Source: Candidatus Binatia bacterium
GTDB lineage: Bacteria > Desulfobacterota > Binatia > Bin18
Assembly (NCBI GenBank): GCA_963664395.2
Contig: OY761159.2
Location: forward strand, 960,001 to 1,024,000
Direction: 5' to 3'
Length of the DNA stretch: 64,000 nucleotides
A program made the translations under genes and the position numbers. A model generated the notes under the pieces. The model saw only the letters and a program-made list of their open reading frames with translations, ran no database searches and was not told where the DNA came from. How positions within the stretch are numbered: the first letter of the stretch is position 1; each line of letters opens with the position of its first letter. This document shows, piece by piece, positions 19,531-29,967 of this stretch.

Positions 19531-20412
19531 ATGGAAAAGTCGGTTCAATTCTACAGTGAAAGTGTCCCCATGGCCGGCGTCCTTTTTTTGCCTGAGAACA
19601 GCTCTCCCGACAGGCAAAGACCCGGCATCGTCATATGCCACGGTTTTACTGCGGTGAAAGAAATCCTGTTGCCCGATATTGCCCGGCGCGTGGCTCAGGC
19701 CGGGTATGTTGTCCTGACGTTTGATTACCGCTTCCTGGGTGCGAGTGGCGGAGAACCCCGTCGCCAGATCATCCCTATGCGGCAGATCGAAGATATCCAA
19801 AATGCGGTCACGTTCATGCAGCAACAGCCCGAGGTCGCCCCGGACCGGATTGGATTGCTCGGCGTCAGTCTCGGTGGGGCCAACGTCAGTTATGCTGCCG
19901 GGGTAGAAGAGCGGGTCAAAGCCACGGTGAGCGTCTGTGGCATCGGCGACTGTGGGCGTTGGACGCGTGACGCCTGTCATTTCTGGGAATGGCAGGCATT
20001 ACTCCGACGCCTGGCAGACAACCGACGCGAGCGCGTCCTGACCGGGCAGGAGCAGTATGTTCAAGCCAGTGAGATTGTGCCTGAGCCGGAGAGTACGACC
20101 GCCCTGTTTGCGCAGATTCTCGACCAGCATCCGCAGTGGAGCCGAGAGATCACGCTGACCTCGGGTGAAGCCTTGATTGCGTATCGACCCGAGTCCGTCG
20201 TGCATCAGATATCACCCCGGGCGATGCTATGGCTGCACGGCGACGCGGATGAGCGCGTATCCATGGAAGAGTCACAGGCCATGTATGAAAAGGCTGGAGA
20301 GCCCAAGAAGATTGTGATTCTGCCCGGCCTTGGCCATAGTGATATTCTCTCTGGTCCCGGGCTTGACCAGAGTCTGCCGCTCATCAAAGAATGGTTTGAA
20401 ACACATCTCTAA
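19531..20412 (+). CDS. Alpha/beta hydrolase
   Basis: ICHGFTAVKE...FDYRFLGASGGEPR...GLLGVSLGG nucleophile motif; RBS before ATG 19531. Confidence 0.88.
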   Translation: MEKSVQFYSESVPMAGVLFLPENSSPDRQRPGIVICHGFTAVKEILLPDIARRVAQAGYVVLTFDYRFLGASGGEPRRQIIPMRQIEDIQNAVTFMQQQPEVAPDRIGLLGVSLGGANVSYAAGVEERVKATVSVCGIGDCGRWTRDACHFWEWQALLRRLADNRRERVLTGQEQYVQASEIVPEPESTTALFAQILDQHPQWSREITLTSGEALIAYRPESVVHQISPRAMLWLHGDADERVSMEESQAMYEKAGEPKKIVILPGLGHSDILSGPGLDQSLPLIKEWFETHL

Positions 20413-20424
20413 CGAGGAAGCCGT

Positions 20425-20922
20425 ATGCGTCAGGTCCGGCGGAATATTGTACTCTCCCTCATGCTCGGCTTTTGCCTTGTCCTTCTGTGCACGCCGCAAG
20501 CGTCGTCTCAGGAGTGGGGGAAATCCTTTAATCCGTATACCGGCCAGTGGGAAGACGTGAACCCCCCATCTGCTGACCCGCCAAACCGGAAGTCGGATGT
20601 TGCCCCTGCGGAGGCAGCACAAGAAGTGCTGAAGCGAGCCGCGGACCCTGCGGAGGCGTCAGCGGAAGCGCCGCAGCAAGAACCCACGAGCAAAGAAGCG
20701 GCTCTGCAAATACTGCAACACAAAACTGCTGACGCAGCCAAGTGGGTGTATGAACAACCCGCCTGCCCGAGCATGCATTATCACAAACCCCTTGCGGGGA
20801 AAGATGTGTGCGCAAATCCCCTCGGAGACGATGTTGAGGTCAGTTGCCCTGCCGGAGCGTCACTTGTCACAGACTACCACCCGGCCGGCAGCGACGCCTG
20901 CCGAGGGGAGCGGTCTTTTTGA
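20425..20922 (+). CDS. Hypothetical secreted protein with Cys-rich C-terminus
   Basis: GAGG RBS, signal-peptide-like N-terminus and four Cys in the last ~55 aa. Confidence 0.6.
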   Translation: MRQVRRNIVLSLMLGFCLVLLCTPQASSQEWGKSFNPYTGQWEDVNPPSADPPNRKSDVAPAEAAQEVLKRAADPAEASAEAPQQEPTSKEAALQILQHKTADAAKWVYEQPACPSMHYHKPLAGKDVCANPLGDDVEVSCPAGASLVTDYHPAGSDACRGERSF

Positions 20923-21183
20923 GTCGCTCTCTCGGTGTGTCGGCAATCCGTCAATCCACTCATCATTAGATACCGGTCGGTTTCAACGCTTCGTATCGAA
21001 TGTGCCTAAGCCGGACTCGGCTCGCTTGCGCAGCGGCGTGTGGCAACTCTTGCAATTGGGCCGCATTCCGCTACAGGATGAGGATATTCGTCAACATGTT
21101 TCACCAAGGGCATGAACCGGGTGGCTATGGGGAGGAAGGGTATGTAACCGCAACTGGCTCCCATGAGCCAAAGGAGGGTTCAT

Positions 21184-22739
21184 ATGGCAGAGTACGATCT
21201 GCTTATCAAGAACGGCACGATCATCGACGGATTACAGGTGCCCCGCTATCGAGGCGACATTGCAATTCGTACCGGCAAGATCGTTGCCATGGGGAACAAC
21301 ATCCAAGGCTCGGCCACGCGCGTCCTTGATGCGACCGGCATGATCGTCGCACCGGGGTTTATAGATCTCCATACCCATTACGATGCGGCGCTCAGCGGCG
21401 GTACGGCCTGGGACCCGTATGCCACCCTGTCCGGCTGGTACGGTGTGACCACGGTGGCGATCGGGAACTGCGCGCCTGGGTATTGGGCAACGATGCAGCG
21501 CGGGACCCGGACTATAAGACAACCCCGGATCAGGTTGCGGAGCTGAAACATCTGTTGCGGGAGGGGTTACAGGCCGGCGGCTTTGGTTTTTCCGCCAGCT
21601 TCAGTATGGCCAACCGCGACTATGATGGCGGCTATCTCCCGACCCATGTGGCGCCGCGTGAAGAGTTTCTCGAAATGGCGTCCGTCATGCGCGAGTTCAA
21701 CCGCGGCTCTATCGAGTGGACGATGGGCCATGCCCTACAGGGGCTGGGGATGGACTTCTTATTGGAGTTGGCCAAGACGAGCGGCCGACCGGTGAACTGG
21801 AACGCGATTATCCACGATCCGTCCTCACCCGATACCTGGCGCGAGCAACTGGCCTGGACCGAACGGGCAAATAAAGAGGCGCCGGTCCTGCCGATCAACA
21901 TCTGCATGCCGATTGAGTTTGAGTTTACGCTGGAAACCATGGGGCTGTTTGACCAGTTGCCGGCGTGGAACGAGGCCACGGTCGGCAGCCTGGAAGAGCG
22001 CCGCATGAAGCTGGCCGACCCCGGTCGGCGGGCTGCCCTCAAGGCCGATATGGAAAAGGCGCCGACCGTCATGCCGGGCGAGCATCCCGACGGGGAACAG
22101 GGTCAGTTGCGGATGTTCCGCTGGGAGGAGACGTTTATCGATGATGTCCATCTGGAGAAGAACGCGCATCTCAAAGGCCGAACCGTCGCAGAAGTGGCGC
22201 AGGAGCAAGGCAAACATCCGGTCGACGCGCTGCTCGACCTGTCCGTAGAAGAAGAACTCAAGACCGAGTTCGCCATGCAGGGCTTCATCAATAACGATGA
22301 AGAAGCCCTGAGCACCATTCTCAAACACCCACTGTGCCTGGTCGGAGCCTCAGATGGCGGCGCGCATACCAAGTTCCTGACCCTGGGCCGCTATCCGACT
22401 CACTTCTTGACCCATTGGGTGCGCGACAAGCAGATCATGACCCTGGAAGAGGCGCACTGGCGGTTGTCGACCATGATTGGCTGGGCGATTGGCATCCGGG
22501 ATCGAGGCTGGCTGCGCGAGGGCATGCCGGCGGGCATCGTGGTGTACGACCTGGAAAAGCTGGCCGTGCGTCCGATGGAGAAGATCAGCGACCTGCCCGA
22601 CGGCGACTGGCGGCGGGTGCAGAAGGCCGACGGCTATCGGTATTCGATTATCAATGGCCAGATTACGTTTGAAGACGGTGAGTGCAGCGGCGCCCTGCCG
22701 GGCAAAATGCTGCGCAGTTACGATATGGTTGCCGGATAA
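21184..22739 (+). pseudogene. N-acyl-D-amino-acid deacylase family, internal deletion with frameshift at ~21470-21485
   Basis: N-part YDLLIKNGTIIDG...APGFIDLHTHYD...TTVAIGNC jumps into another frame at GNDAARDP...GLQAGGFGFS...SDGGAH. Confidence 0.8.
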
Positions 22740-22769
22740 CGTATCCAGCCACAGATCTCACCGAGAACA

Positions 22770-22797
22770 AGGCGCCGGGTTTCGACCCGGCGTTTTG
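22770..22797 (+). terminator. Intrinsic terminator
   Basis: gcgccgggt-ttcg-acccggcgt followed by a short T run, just after the stop at 22739. Confidence 0.65.
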
Positions 22798-22831
22798 GTG
22801 TAAAGCTGCTGAATAAGGAGGATCGTGGAGC

Positions 22832-23353
22832 ATGACGTCTTCGGAACAACGAGTTGTCGACGCGCTCGAAGAACTTGGGCTGCCCTTTGAGCGGATTACT
22901 ATAGATCCGGCCCATGCCGATACGGCCGTGTTTTGCGAGAAATATGGCTATCCGCCGGAAACGTCCGGCAACACGATTATTGTGGCGTCCAAGAAAGAGC
23001 CCAAGCAATTTGTTGCCTGTGTGGTCCTGGCCACAACCCAGCTTGATGTGAACAAACGGGTGCGCAAACTCATGGGTGCGTCCAAGGCGTCTTTTGCCTC
23101 CGCCGAGGAGATGAACGCGCTGACGAGCATGGAAGTCGGTGGCGTGACGCCGTTTGCGTTGCCTGCGGATATGCCGTTATATGTTGATACGCGAGTGATG
23201 GGGCTGGAAACTATTATCCTGGGTGGTGGGGGACGCGGTCTCAAGATCGGGATTTCGCCACAAGTTTTCCACAAGCTGGGAGCTGAGGTTGTCGCGGATT
23301 TAGGTATCCGCCCGCATACAGGAGCAACAGGAGCAACAGGAGCAAAACCATGA
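22832..23353 (+). CDS. YbaK/EbsC (aminoacyl-tRNA deacylase-like) protein
   Basis: ADTAVFCEKYG...NTIIVASKKEP...KASFASAEE...MEVGGVTPFALP...GGGGRGLKI. Confidence 0.88.
   Translation: MTSSEQRVVDALEELGLPFERITIDPAHADTAVFCEKYGYPPETSGNTIIVASKKEPKQFVACVVLATTQLDVNKRVRKLMGASKASFASAEEMNALTSMEVGGVTPFALPADMPLYVDTRVMGLETIILGGGGRGLKIGISPQVFHKLGAEVVADLGIRPHTGATGATGAKP
23319..23345 (+). repeat. 3 x 9-bp tandem repeat (caggagcaa) containing the SD of the next gene
   Basis: caggagcaa x3 immediately before ATG 23350. Confidence 0.85.
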
Positions 23354-23688
23354 GTATTTTTCATATGTATACCGGGGATGATGGACAGTCGCATATCGAG
23401 GAGCCGGCGTTGAGTGCGCAACCGAGTCAGGAAGCGCCTCAAGCGACACAGGAGATTTTCTTTCGGGAACTTCCGGTCGGAACCGCCATGGATTGGCATA
23501 ATGCCCCGCGGCGACAGTACGTGATCGTCTTCAAAGGCCAGATGGAAATCGGCTTTAAGGACGGATCGGTCCGGCGTTGTGGAGCGGGGGATGCCGTGCT
23601 CGCCGCAGACCTGACCGGTAGCGGGCACACGACCCGCGTGGTCGGAGACGATCCTGCTGTCGTTGGTGTCGTGCCGTTGGCAGACTGA
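23350..23688 (+). CDS. Cupin domain protein
   Basis: YTGDDGQSHIEE...WHNAPRRQYVI...DLTGSGHTTRVVG. Confidence 0.85.
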   Translation: MSIFHMYTGDDGQSHIEEPALSAQPSQEAPQATQEIFFRELPVGTAMDWHNAPRRQYVIVFKGQMEIGFKDGSVRRCGAGDAVLAADLTGSGHTTRVVGDDPAVVGVVPLAD

Positions 23689-23701
23689 CTTTTAGACAGA
23701 C

Positions 23702-24565
23702 ATGGAACACAACACTACCCTGCGGATCTTTGACGGTGCCGTGGCGATTATGACCGGTGGGGCCTCGGGTATTGGCCGCGCGCTGAGTGAGGCGCTGGCC
23801 CGGCGCGGGGCGTGTGTTGTCCTAGCCGACCGCCAGTTTGCGCTTGCCCAGGAGGTCGCGGCTGGCATTCAAGCAAGAGGTGGCAAAGCGTCTGCGGTTG
23901 AATTGGATGTCACGAACTTCACTGCGGTGGACCAGTTCGTCCGGGCGACGGCCCAAGCTCAGGGCCGGCTGGACTATATGTTCAACAACGCCGGCATTGC
24001 GATTGGGGGAGAGGTGCGGCTGTGTCAGATTGAGGACTGGGACGCCGTCCTGAATGTGAATCTGCACGGTGTGGTCAATGGGGTACAGGCGGCCTATCCG
24101 GTTATGCTCAGCCAGGGCTACGGCCATATTGTCAATACCGCTTCCATGGCCGGTCTGCTGCCCATGCCAGCGGCCGTTAGTTATGCGACCACAAAACATG
24201 CGGTGGTCGGTCTTTCCAAATCACTCCGGGTTGAAGCCGTACCGTATGGTGTCCGTGTCAGTGTGCTCTGCCCTGGGTTTATTCGGACGCCCATCCTGTA
24301 CGGCGGAAAATACGGCAAGCAGTTGCAGCCCATGCCGCCAGAGGTCCAGGAAAAATTCATCCGACAATACCGGCCCATGGACCCGGCTGTGTTTGCCGAA
24401 AAAGTGCTGGACGCACTTGCCCGGAACAAAGCGCTGATCATTGTTCCGGGCTGGTGGAGGCTGTTGTGGTGGATCAGTCGCCTCTCCCCAGCCTTGGAAT
24501 TTTCTCTCGCCCAGCGCGGCTATCGGTCGGCGCGCAGGGCGATGCAGTCTGAGACAGACGCATAG
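23702..24565 (+). CDS. Short-chain dehydrogenase/reductase
   Basis: TGGASGIG, NNAG and YATTK motifs. Confidence 0.92.
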   Translation: MEHNTTLRIFDGAVAIMTGGASGIGRALSEALARRGACVVLADRQFALAQEVAAGIQARGGKASAVELDVTNFTAVDQFVRATAQAQGRLDYMFNNAGIAIGGEVRLCQIEDWDAVLNVNLHGVVNGVQAAYPVMLSQGYGHIVNTASMAGLLPMPAAVSYATTKHAVVGLSKSLRVEAVPYGVRVSVLCPGFIRTPILYGGKYGKQLQPMPPEVQEKFIRQYRPMDPAVFAEKVLDALARNKALIIVPGWWRLLWWISRLSPALEFSLAQRGYRSARRAMQSETDA

Positions 24566-24584
24566 CATGCGCCGCGGGCCCGAG

Positions 24585-25163
24585 TCATGCGACCTGTTCA
24601 GCCCCGTTCGTATGCGCCTCCGACAGCGGACACACGCCGCCTTTCTCTAACCCGAGCGCGCGAATAAAACGACCAAAGCCAACAAAAGCCGTAATCCGAA
24701 ACCCGAGGTCAATGATCTCCGGCTCGGTGAAGTGCTGGCGCAGTTCGTCAAACAGTTCTTGTGACGCTTGGGTATGATCTCCGGCTAACACGTCGGCATA
24801 CCGGACGGCAGCCTTTTCACGCGGTGTGAGAACCGTGCTGTCGTTATAGGTCAACAGTTCTCCGATTTGTTCTTCCGTCAGACCTTGTTGCTTTGCCAAA
24901 GCAACGCGCCCGTTGATTCAAAGGGCGCAGTCGTTTCGTTCTGCCACCTTCAAGCGCACCATCTCGGTCAGCTTCATATCGATACTGCCGCGTGTCTCAA
25001 AGATGAGCGGGAAATAATAGTTGACGAAGGATTTGAATACCTCAGGAGCATGGGCAAATACCTGCAAGAACGCCGAGCCGCCATACTCGGTGTCATAGGT
25101 CTGCATGACCTTCTGAACCTCAGGGTCGATATGAGCAAACGGGACTGGACTGACATGCGCCAT
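24585..25163 (-). CDS. AhpD/carboxymuconolactone decarboxylase-like selenoprotein (CxxU), 192 aa
   Basis: The two ORF-track pieces are one frame interrupted only by TGA at 24920-24918: RLKVAERNDCAL-U-INGRVALAKQQG. The TGA sits at the second Cys of the AhpD CxxC motif and is followed by a hairpin. Confidence 0.88.
24887..24905 (-). promoter_or_regulatory. Candidate bacterial SECIS element
   Basis: GTTGCTTT-GGC-AAAGCAAC perfect 8-bp stem starting 12 nt after the UGA, with G first in the loop. Confidence 0.78.
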
Positions 25164-25332
25164 AACACTTCCTCCTTATGCGGTTGTGTGTACTCCTTTT
25201 GGGGGTGAGGAAGCAAGGGGAAATCGTATTCCCTCTCCTTTCAGAGGGCAGCCTACCTGCTATCCTTCAAAATGAAAAAGATACTGCCCCACCTGCCTTC
25301 CGTATTGTCCAATAGCGATCGAACCGATTCCG

Positions 25333-26097
25333 TCACTTCTTCTTCCCCCCCGGCCAGTATTCCTGCGCGCCCAAACCTTCAAGCGCCAGGCCGTAGCCAA
25401 GGTTATCGAGCATCAGCTTCTTGAGCTGCTGGGTCAGGGCAACGCGGGCATAGCGGACGGTCAGGGGCGGTTGTTTGGAGACGAGCTCTGCCAACTCCCA
25501 GGCTCGTTCCAGAAGCTTGTCGCGCGGCATGACCTCGTTGACCACCCCCAGCGTCAGCGCTTCTTGAGCCGAGAGTTTCTGACCGGTGAGCAGGAAGTAT
25601 CGCCCTCGATTCACTCCCAAGAGCAACGGCCAGACAATATGCACCCCGTCGCCTGGAACAATACCGTTGGGAAAATGCGGCGCGTCTTGGAAGACGGCAT
25701 CGTCTGACGCAATCACAATGTCACACAGAACTGCCAGCTCAGCGTGAATCGTAGCCGGACCGTTGACGGCGGCGATCATTGGGACTTCAATGTCCAGGTG
25801 GTTCATTAAGAGCTTTTTGGCATCCCAATAAATATGATCCCAGAGCTGAGGGGACATATCCCATTGGTCCTCTCGGGCATAGCGGGCAATAAACTTGTCC
25901 TCCGTGCCAGTAATAATGACAGCTCTGTTCTCCGGGTCGCTGCCAACGTCGTAGAAACATTTACCCAACTCCGAGTGCGGGCCTTCTCCCCAGTGTAAGG
26001 TTTTTCCATCGGTGTGGAGCGTGAGTTGCAGAATTCCATTGCGCCGCTCCATCCGAACGTGATTATACTTATTGCTGTATTCATCGAATGTTGCCAT
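25333..26097 (-). CDS. Enoyl-CoA hydratase/isomerase family (6-oxocamphor hydrolase-like)
   Basis: [26 protein letters not shown]...[16 protein letters not shown]...[11 protein letters not shown]. Confidence 0.88.
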   Translation of the reverse strand: MATFDEYSNKYNHVRMERRNGILQLTLHTDGKTLHWGEGPHSELGKCFYDVGSDPENRAVIITGTEDKFIARYAREDQWDMSPQLWDHIYWDAKKLLMNHLDIEVPMIAAVNGPATIHAELAVLCDIVIASDDAVFQDAPHFPNGIVPGDGVHIVWPLLLGVNRGRYFLLTGQKLSAQEALTLGVVNEVMPRDKLLERAWELAELVSKQPPLTVRYARVALTQQLKKLMLDNLGYGLALEGLGAQEYWPGGKKK

Positions 26098-26190
26098 AGT
26101 GTCCTCCCTTCTGCATTCGGTTAAACCACGCTCGCTCCGGGAGGACAAGGTTTGGGAGCATTCCCAGCCGGTCTCAAAAAGGAGGGAGAG

Positions 26191-27234
26191 ATGGACTTTG
26201 GACTGTTGTTCGCGTTTGAGAATCCACCGCCCTGGCAGGTTTCATCGGCTCAACTGTGTCGGAGTATGGTCACCCAGGCGGTTCTGGCCGAAGAGTTGGG
26301 CTACGACCATATTTGGACCGCCGAGCACCACGGCACCGACGACTATTTCCCGTCCCAGTTCCCGCTGCTGGCCGCAATGGCGACCCGGACCAGCCGTATT
26401 CGGCTCGGAACCTATATCGTCATCTTACCGCTCTACCATCCGCTCCAGGTCGCGGAAGAAGCGGCCACGCTCGATGCCTTGTCAGACGGCCGCTTCGATT
26501 TAGGTCTGGGCCAAGGCTATGTGGTAGACGAGTACGCAGCCTATAACATTCCCCGCACACAGCGTCCGGCGCGGATGGAAGACGGACTGGCGATTATCAC
26601 CGGGCTGTGGACACAGGAGGAGTTTAGCTACGCTGGCAAGCATTTCACGATCGGGCCGATTTCTCTCCGCCCCCGGCCCGTGCAGACCACCCCGCCGTTG
26701 TGGGTTGCCGGGCTGACTCCGAAATCGATCGATCGCGTTGCACGCTACGGCTGTCATTTTGCTGGTGCAGGCAGTGCGCAGACCAATCAACTGTACGAAG
26801 ACAGTTTACGCCGCCACGGTCGTGATCCCAAAAATTTCAATAAAGCCGCCCTGCGCTTAGTCTACGTGTCCGACACGCGCGAACGCGCCTGGGAAGACTG
26901 CGCCGCCCACGTGCGGCATCGTATGGCCGTCTATACCCAAAAGCTCGACGAGGCCGGAGATTTTCAAATCCCTGGAGGTTATTTTGGCGTAGAGCCCTTA
27001 CCCCCAGCCGAAGAACTTGGAAAGGCCCAGGGACTCCACTTCTTTGGCGCACCGCCCATTATTGGTACGCCAGAGGATGCTATAAAAGAAATTACGCGCT
27101 CACAACAAGAAGCAGGCGTGACCCATATGGTCATGTGGATGCAAATCGGCGGCATTGACCCACGCCGAGCAGAGCATTCCATGCGCTTGTTTGCCACAGA
27201 GGTTATGCCGCACTTTGAGGCACAGGAGGGCTAA
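26191..27234 (+). CDS. LLM class flavin-dependent oxidoreductase
   Basis: [15 protein letters not shown]...[41 protein letters not shown]. Confidence 0.9.
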   Translation: MDFGLLFAFENPPPWQVSSAQLCRSMVTQAVLAEELGYDHIWTAEHHGTDDYFPSQFPLLAAMATRTSRIRLGTYIVILPLYHPLQVAEEAATLDALSDGRFDLGLGQGYVVDEYAAYNIPRTQRPARMEDGLAIITGLWTQEEFSYAGKHFTIGPISLRPRPVQTTPPLWVAGLTPKSIDRVARYGCHFAGAGSAQTNQLYEDSLRRHGRDPKNFNKAALRLVYVSDTRERAWEDCAAHVRHRMAVYTQKLDEAGDFQIPGGYFGVEPLPPAEELGKAQGLHFFGAPPIIGTPEDAIKEITRSQQEAGVTHMVMWMQIGGIDPRRAEHSMRLFATEVMPHFEAQEG

Positions 27235-27238
27235 CAGT

Positions 27239-28813
27239 ATGCTCCCCCGACTCGGTATCGAAGACATCGCCCACTACAGCCAGGAACTCGGCTTGGAACT
27301 CACTCCGGCTGAAATGCGCAGCATGCAATCTCGCCTGCTTGAGCACATTGCAACGTTCGAGACCTTTCAGGAGCTGAGAATCGAGGAGCAACGTCTGCCC
27401 CTCCGCTATACCGATCGAGACCCCGGCTATCGGCCAACCGCGGAAGAAGACCCGCTGAACGCCTTCATTCGGAAATGTCGGATCAAGGGCGCGAAGGATG
27501 GACCCCTCGTCGGCAAGACCATCGGCCTGAAAGACCACATCAGTGTGGCTGGCGTACCCCTGACGCTAGGCTGCCATTTCATGGACGGCTATATCCCGGA
27601 CTTTGACGCACCTCTCGTCACTCGACTGCTCGACGCCGGAGCCACAATCGTGGGAAAAATGAATATGGAAGACTTCTCCTTTGGCGGCCCGGGTCTCAGT
27701 GGGGTTGGCGACTTTGGGCGACCCCTGAACCCGCATAATACTGCCCATGTCACGGGTGGGTCTTCTTCGGGGTCTGCTGCGGCTGTCGCCGCAGGGCTCG
27801 TTGACGTTGCCTTTGGCGGAGACCAAGGCGGGTCGGTACGGTTGCCGGCTGCGTGGTCGGGCACCCTGGGCCTTATGCCCACACATGGGCTGGTTCCCCA
27901 TACGGGCGTGGTCGGCCTGGACCCCACTATCGATTATGTGGGCCCACTCGCTCGGACGGTCGAAGATATTGCAGCCAGCCTCGAATGTGTGGCAGGTGCG
28001 GATGGCTATGATCCAAGGCAGACCTACCTGCCGGCCCAACTGCCGAGCTACACACAGGCGTTAGCTCAGGATATCAAAGGCGTCCGGATTGGTATTTTAT
28101 CTGAGGGCTTTGGTTTTCCCGGTAGTGAACCCGAGGTTGACCAGACCGTCTTGGACGCACTCACCACCCTGGAGCAAGCCGGGGCTCAGCTTGAGCGCGT
28201 GTCCATTCCTCTGCATGACAAAGCCACGTTGGCCCTGCTGCCTATTTACTTTGAAGGCGGCAAGCATATGTTCGATACCAATCTGGGTGGTGCTGGTACG
28301 AAAACCTATTATCCGACCTCGCTCATCTCCACCTTTGGTCGCTTTAAGCGCAGCCATGGACACGAACTCCCCCTGAACTACAAACTCCATTTGATCCTCG
28401 GCACCTACCTCGCTCGTTTTACGCACGGACGGCTGCATGCCAAGGCACATAATGTCCGGCCCACTTTTGTCAAACAGTATAACCAGACCTTTGCTCAGAT
28501 AGATGTCCTTGCCATGCCAACTGTTCCTATCAAGGCTCCACGCTATCGCGAGCCCACGGATTACGAGGAAGCGATTGAGCATACTCTTTTCGGGGGACAA
28601 CTGGGGTTAGACCTCGGTCTGGTCATCCGTAATATGGGACCGTTTAATCTGACCGGTCATCCCGCGCTCAGCGTGCCCTGTGGGAAGGTTGACGGCCTGC
28701 CAATCGGCCTGATGCTGGTCGCCCCGCATTTCCGTGAGGACCAGTTACTCAGAGTCGCGGCAGCGTATCAGCGTTCAGTGGATTGGGAGAGCATGCTCCC
28801 CTCTTCTCTTTGA
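27239..28813 (+). CDS. Amidase (amidase signature family)
   Basis: GLKDHI...GGSSSGSAAAVAAG...GGDQGGSVRLPAAWSG. Confidence 0.92.
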   Translation: MLPRLGIEDIAHYSQELGLELTPAEMRSMQSRLLEHIATFETFQELRIEEQRLPLRYTDRDPGYRPTAEEDPLNAFIRKCRIKGAKDGPLVGKTIGLKDHISVAGVPLTLGCHFMDGYIPDFDAPLVTRLLDAGATIVGKMNMEDFSFGGPGLSGVGDFGRPLNPHNTAHVTGGSSSGSAAAVAAGLVDVAFGGDQGGSVRLPAAWSGTLGLMPTHGLVPHTGVVGLDPTIDYVGPLARTVEDIAASLECVAGADGYDPRQTYLPAQLPSYTQALAQDIKGVRIGILSEGFGFPGSEPEVDQTVLDALTTLEQAGAQLERVSIPLHDKATLALLPIYFEGGKHMFDTNLGGAGTKTYYPTSLISTFGRFKRSHGHELPLNYKLHLILGTYLARFTHGRLHAKAHNVRPTFVKQYNQTFAQIDVLAMPTVPIKAPRYREPTDYEEAIEHTLFGGQLGLDLGLVIRNMGPFNLTGHPALSVPCGKVDGLPIGLMLVAPHFREDQLLRVAAAYQRSVDWESMLPSSL

Positions 28814-28866
28814 AAAAAACCAATCCGCTCTAATCCATTCCAATCCACTCTTGGAGGAAACCGTCT

Positions 28867-29862
28867 ATGGAAACACGTTCGCTGGGTGCATCAGGAATCC
28901 AAGCCAGTCTCGTAGGTCTTGGGTGTAACAATTTTGGGATGAAGATTGATCTGGCCGCCAGCCGGGCCGTGATCGACACGGCCCTGGATGTAGGCATTAC
29001 CTGTTTTGATACCGCAGACATGTATGGCAAAGGCCAGTCTGAAGAGTTCCTGGGCAAAGTGCTAGGCCCGCGGCGCAAGGATATCGTTCTGGCCACAAAA
29101 TTCGGCGGCGCCGCCATGCTGGCCAAGTCCGGCGAACGTTGGGGCTCCCGCGAGTATATTCTCCGTTGCATTGAGGACAGTCTCCGCCGACTACAGACAG
29201 ACTGGATTGATCTGTATCAAATGCACTATCCCGACCCGAACACGCCGGTGGAAGAGACACTCGAAACGCTGCACGAGTTGGTCCAACAGGGCAAAGTACG
29301 GGCAATCGGGCATTCAAATTTCTCTGGTGAGCAGATTAACCAAGCAGGAGATGCATCCACGGCACGTAATTTTTCTTACTTTGTCACTGCGCAGAATGAC
29401 TGGAGCCTCTTAAACCGTACAGTTGAAACAGATGTGATCCCAGCCTGCGAACAACATGGACTCGGCCAGTTACCCTACTTTCCACTCGCCAGCGGCATGC
29501 TGACTGGGAAATATCGACGCGGAGAAGATTTTGCTCCGGGGACACGCCTGGCCGTCCTGAAATTTGTACGCAATATGGCCTCCGAGGAAAATTTTACCAA
29601 GGTCGAAGCGTTACAGGATTTTGTTGCCCAGCGTGACCGCACCCTGCTCGAACTCGCCTTCTCCTGGCTCGCTACCCAGCCCTGCGTGACCTCGGTGATT
29701 GCCGGCGCCACGACGCCTGAGCAAGTGCGCGCCAATGCGGCTGCACCGAACTGGCCGCTCTTAACAGAAGAGTTAGCTGAGATTGATGCTCTCGCTCCTT
29801 TTATTCCGGCGCAGGAAAACCAGTCAGACAGCTCTGCGCCAAGAGCCGTGGAAAGGTCATGA
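28867..29862 (+). CDS. Aldo/keto reductase
   Basis: GLGCNNFG...FDTADMYG..SEEFLG...ATKFG...IDLYQMH. Confidence 0.92.
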   Translation: METRSLGASGIQASLVGLGCNNFGMKIDLAASRAVIDTALDVGITCFDTADMYGKGQSEEFLGKVLGPRRKDIVLATKFGGAAMLAKSGERWGSREYILRCIEDSLRRLQTDWIDLYQMHYPDPNTPVEETLETLHELVQQGKVRAIGHSNFSGEQINQAGDASTARNFSYFVTAQNDWSLLNRTVETDVIPACEQHGLGQLPYFPLASGMLTGKYRRGEDFAPGTRLAVLKFVRNMASEENFTKVEALQDFVAQRDRTLLELAFSWLATQPCVTSVIAGATTPEQVRANAAAPNWPLLTEELAEIDALAPFIPAQENQSDSSAPRAVERS

Positions 29863-29967
29863 CCGATACATTGATAAGTTCCGAGAAACTTTCTATGGTC
29901 TTCAGACTGACAGAGCAGAGCAGCGCAATCATTTGATACGGCAGACCGGCAGCCAAGGAGGGAAAAG

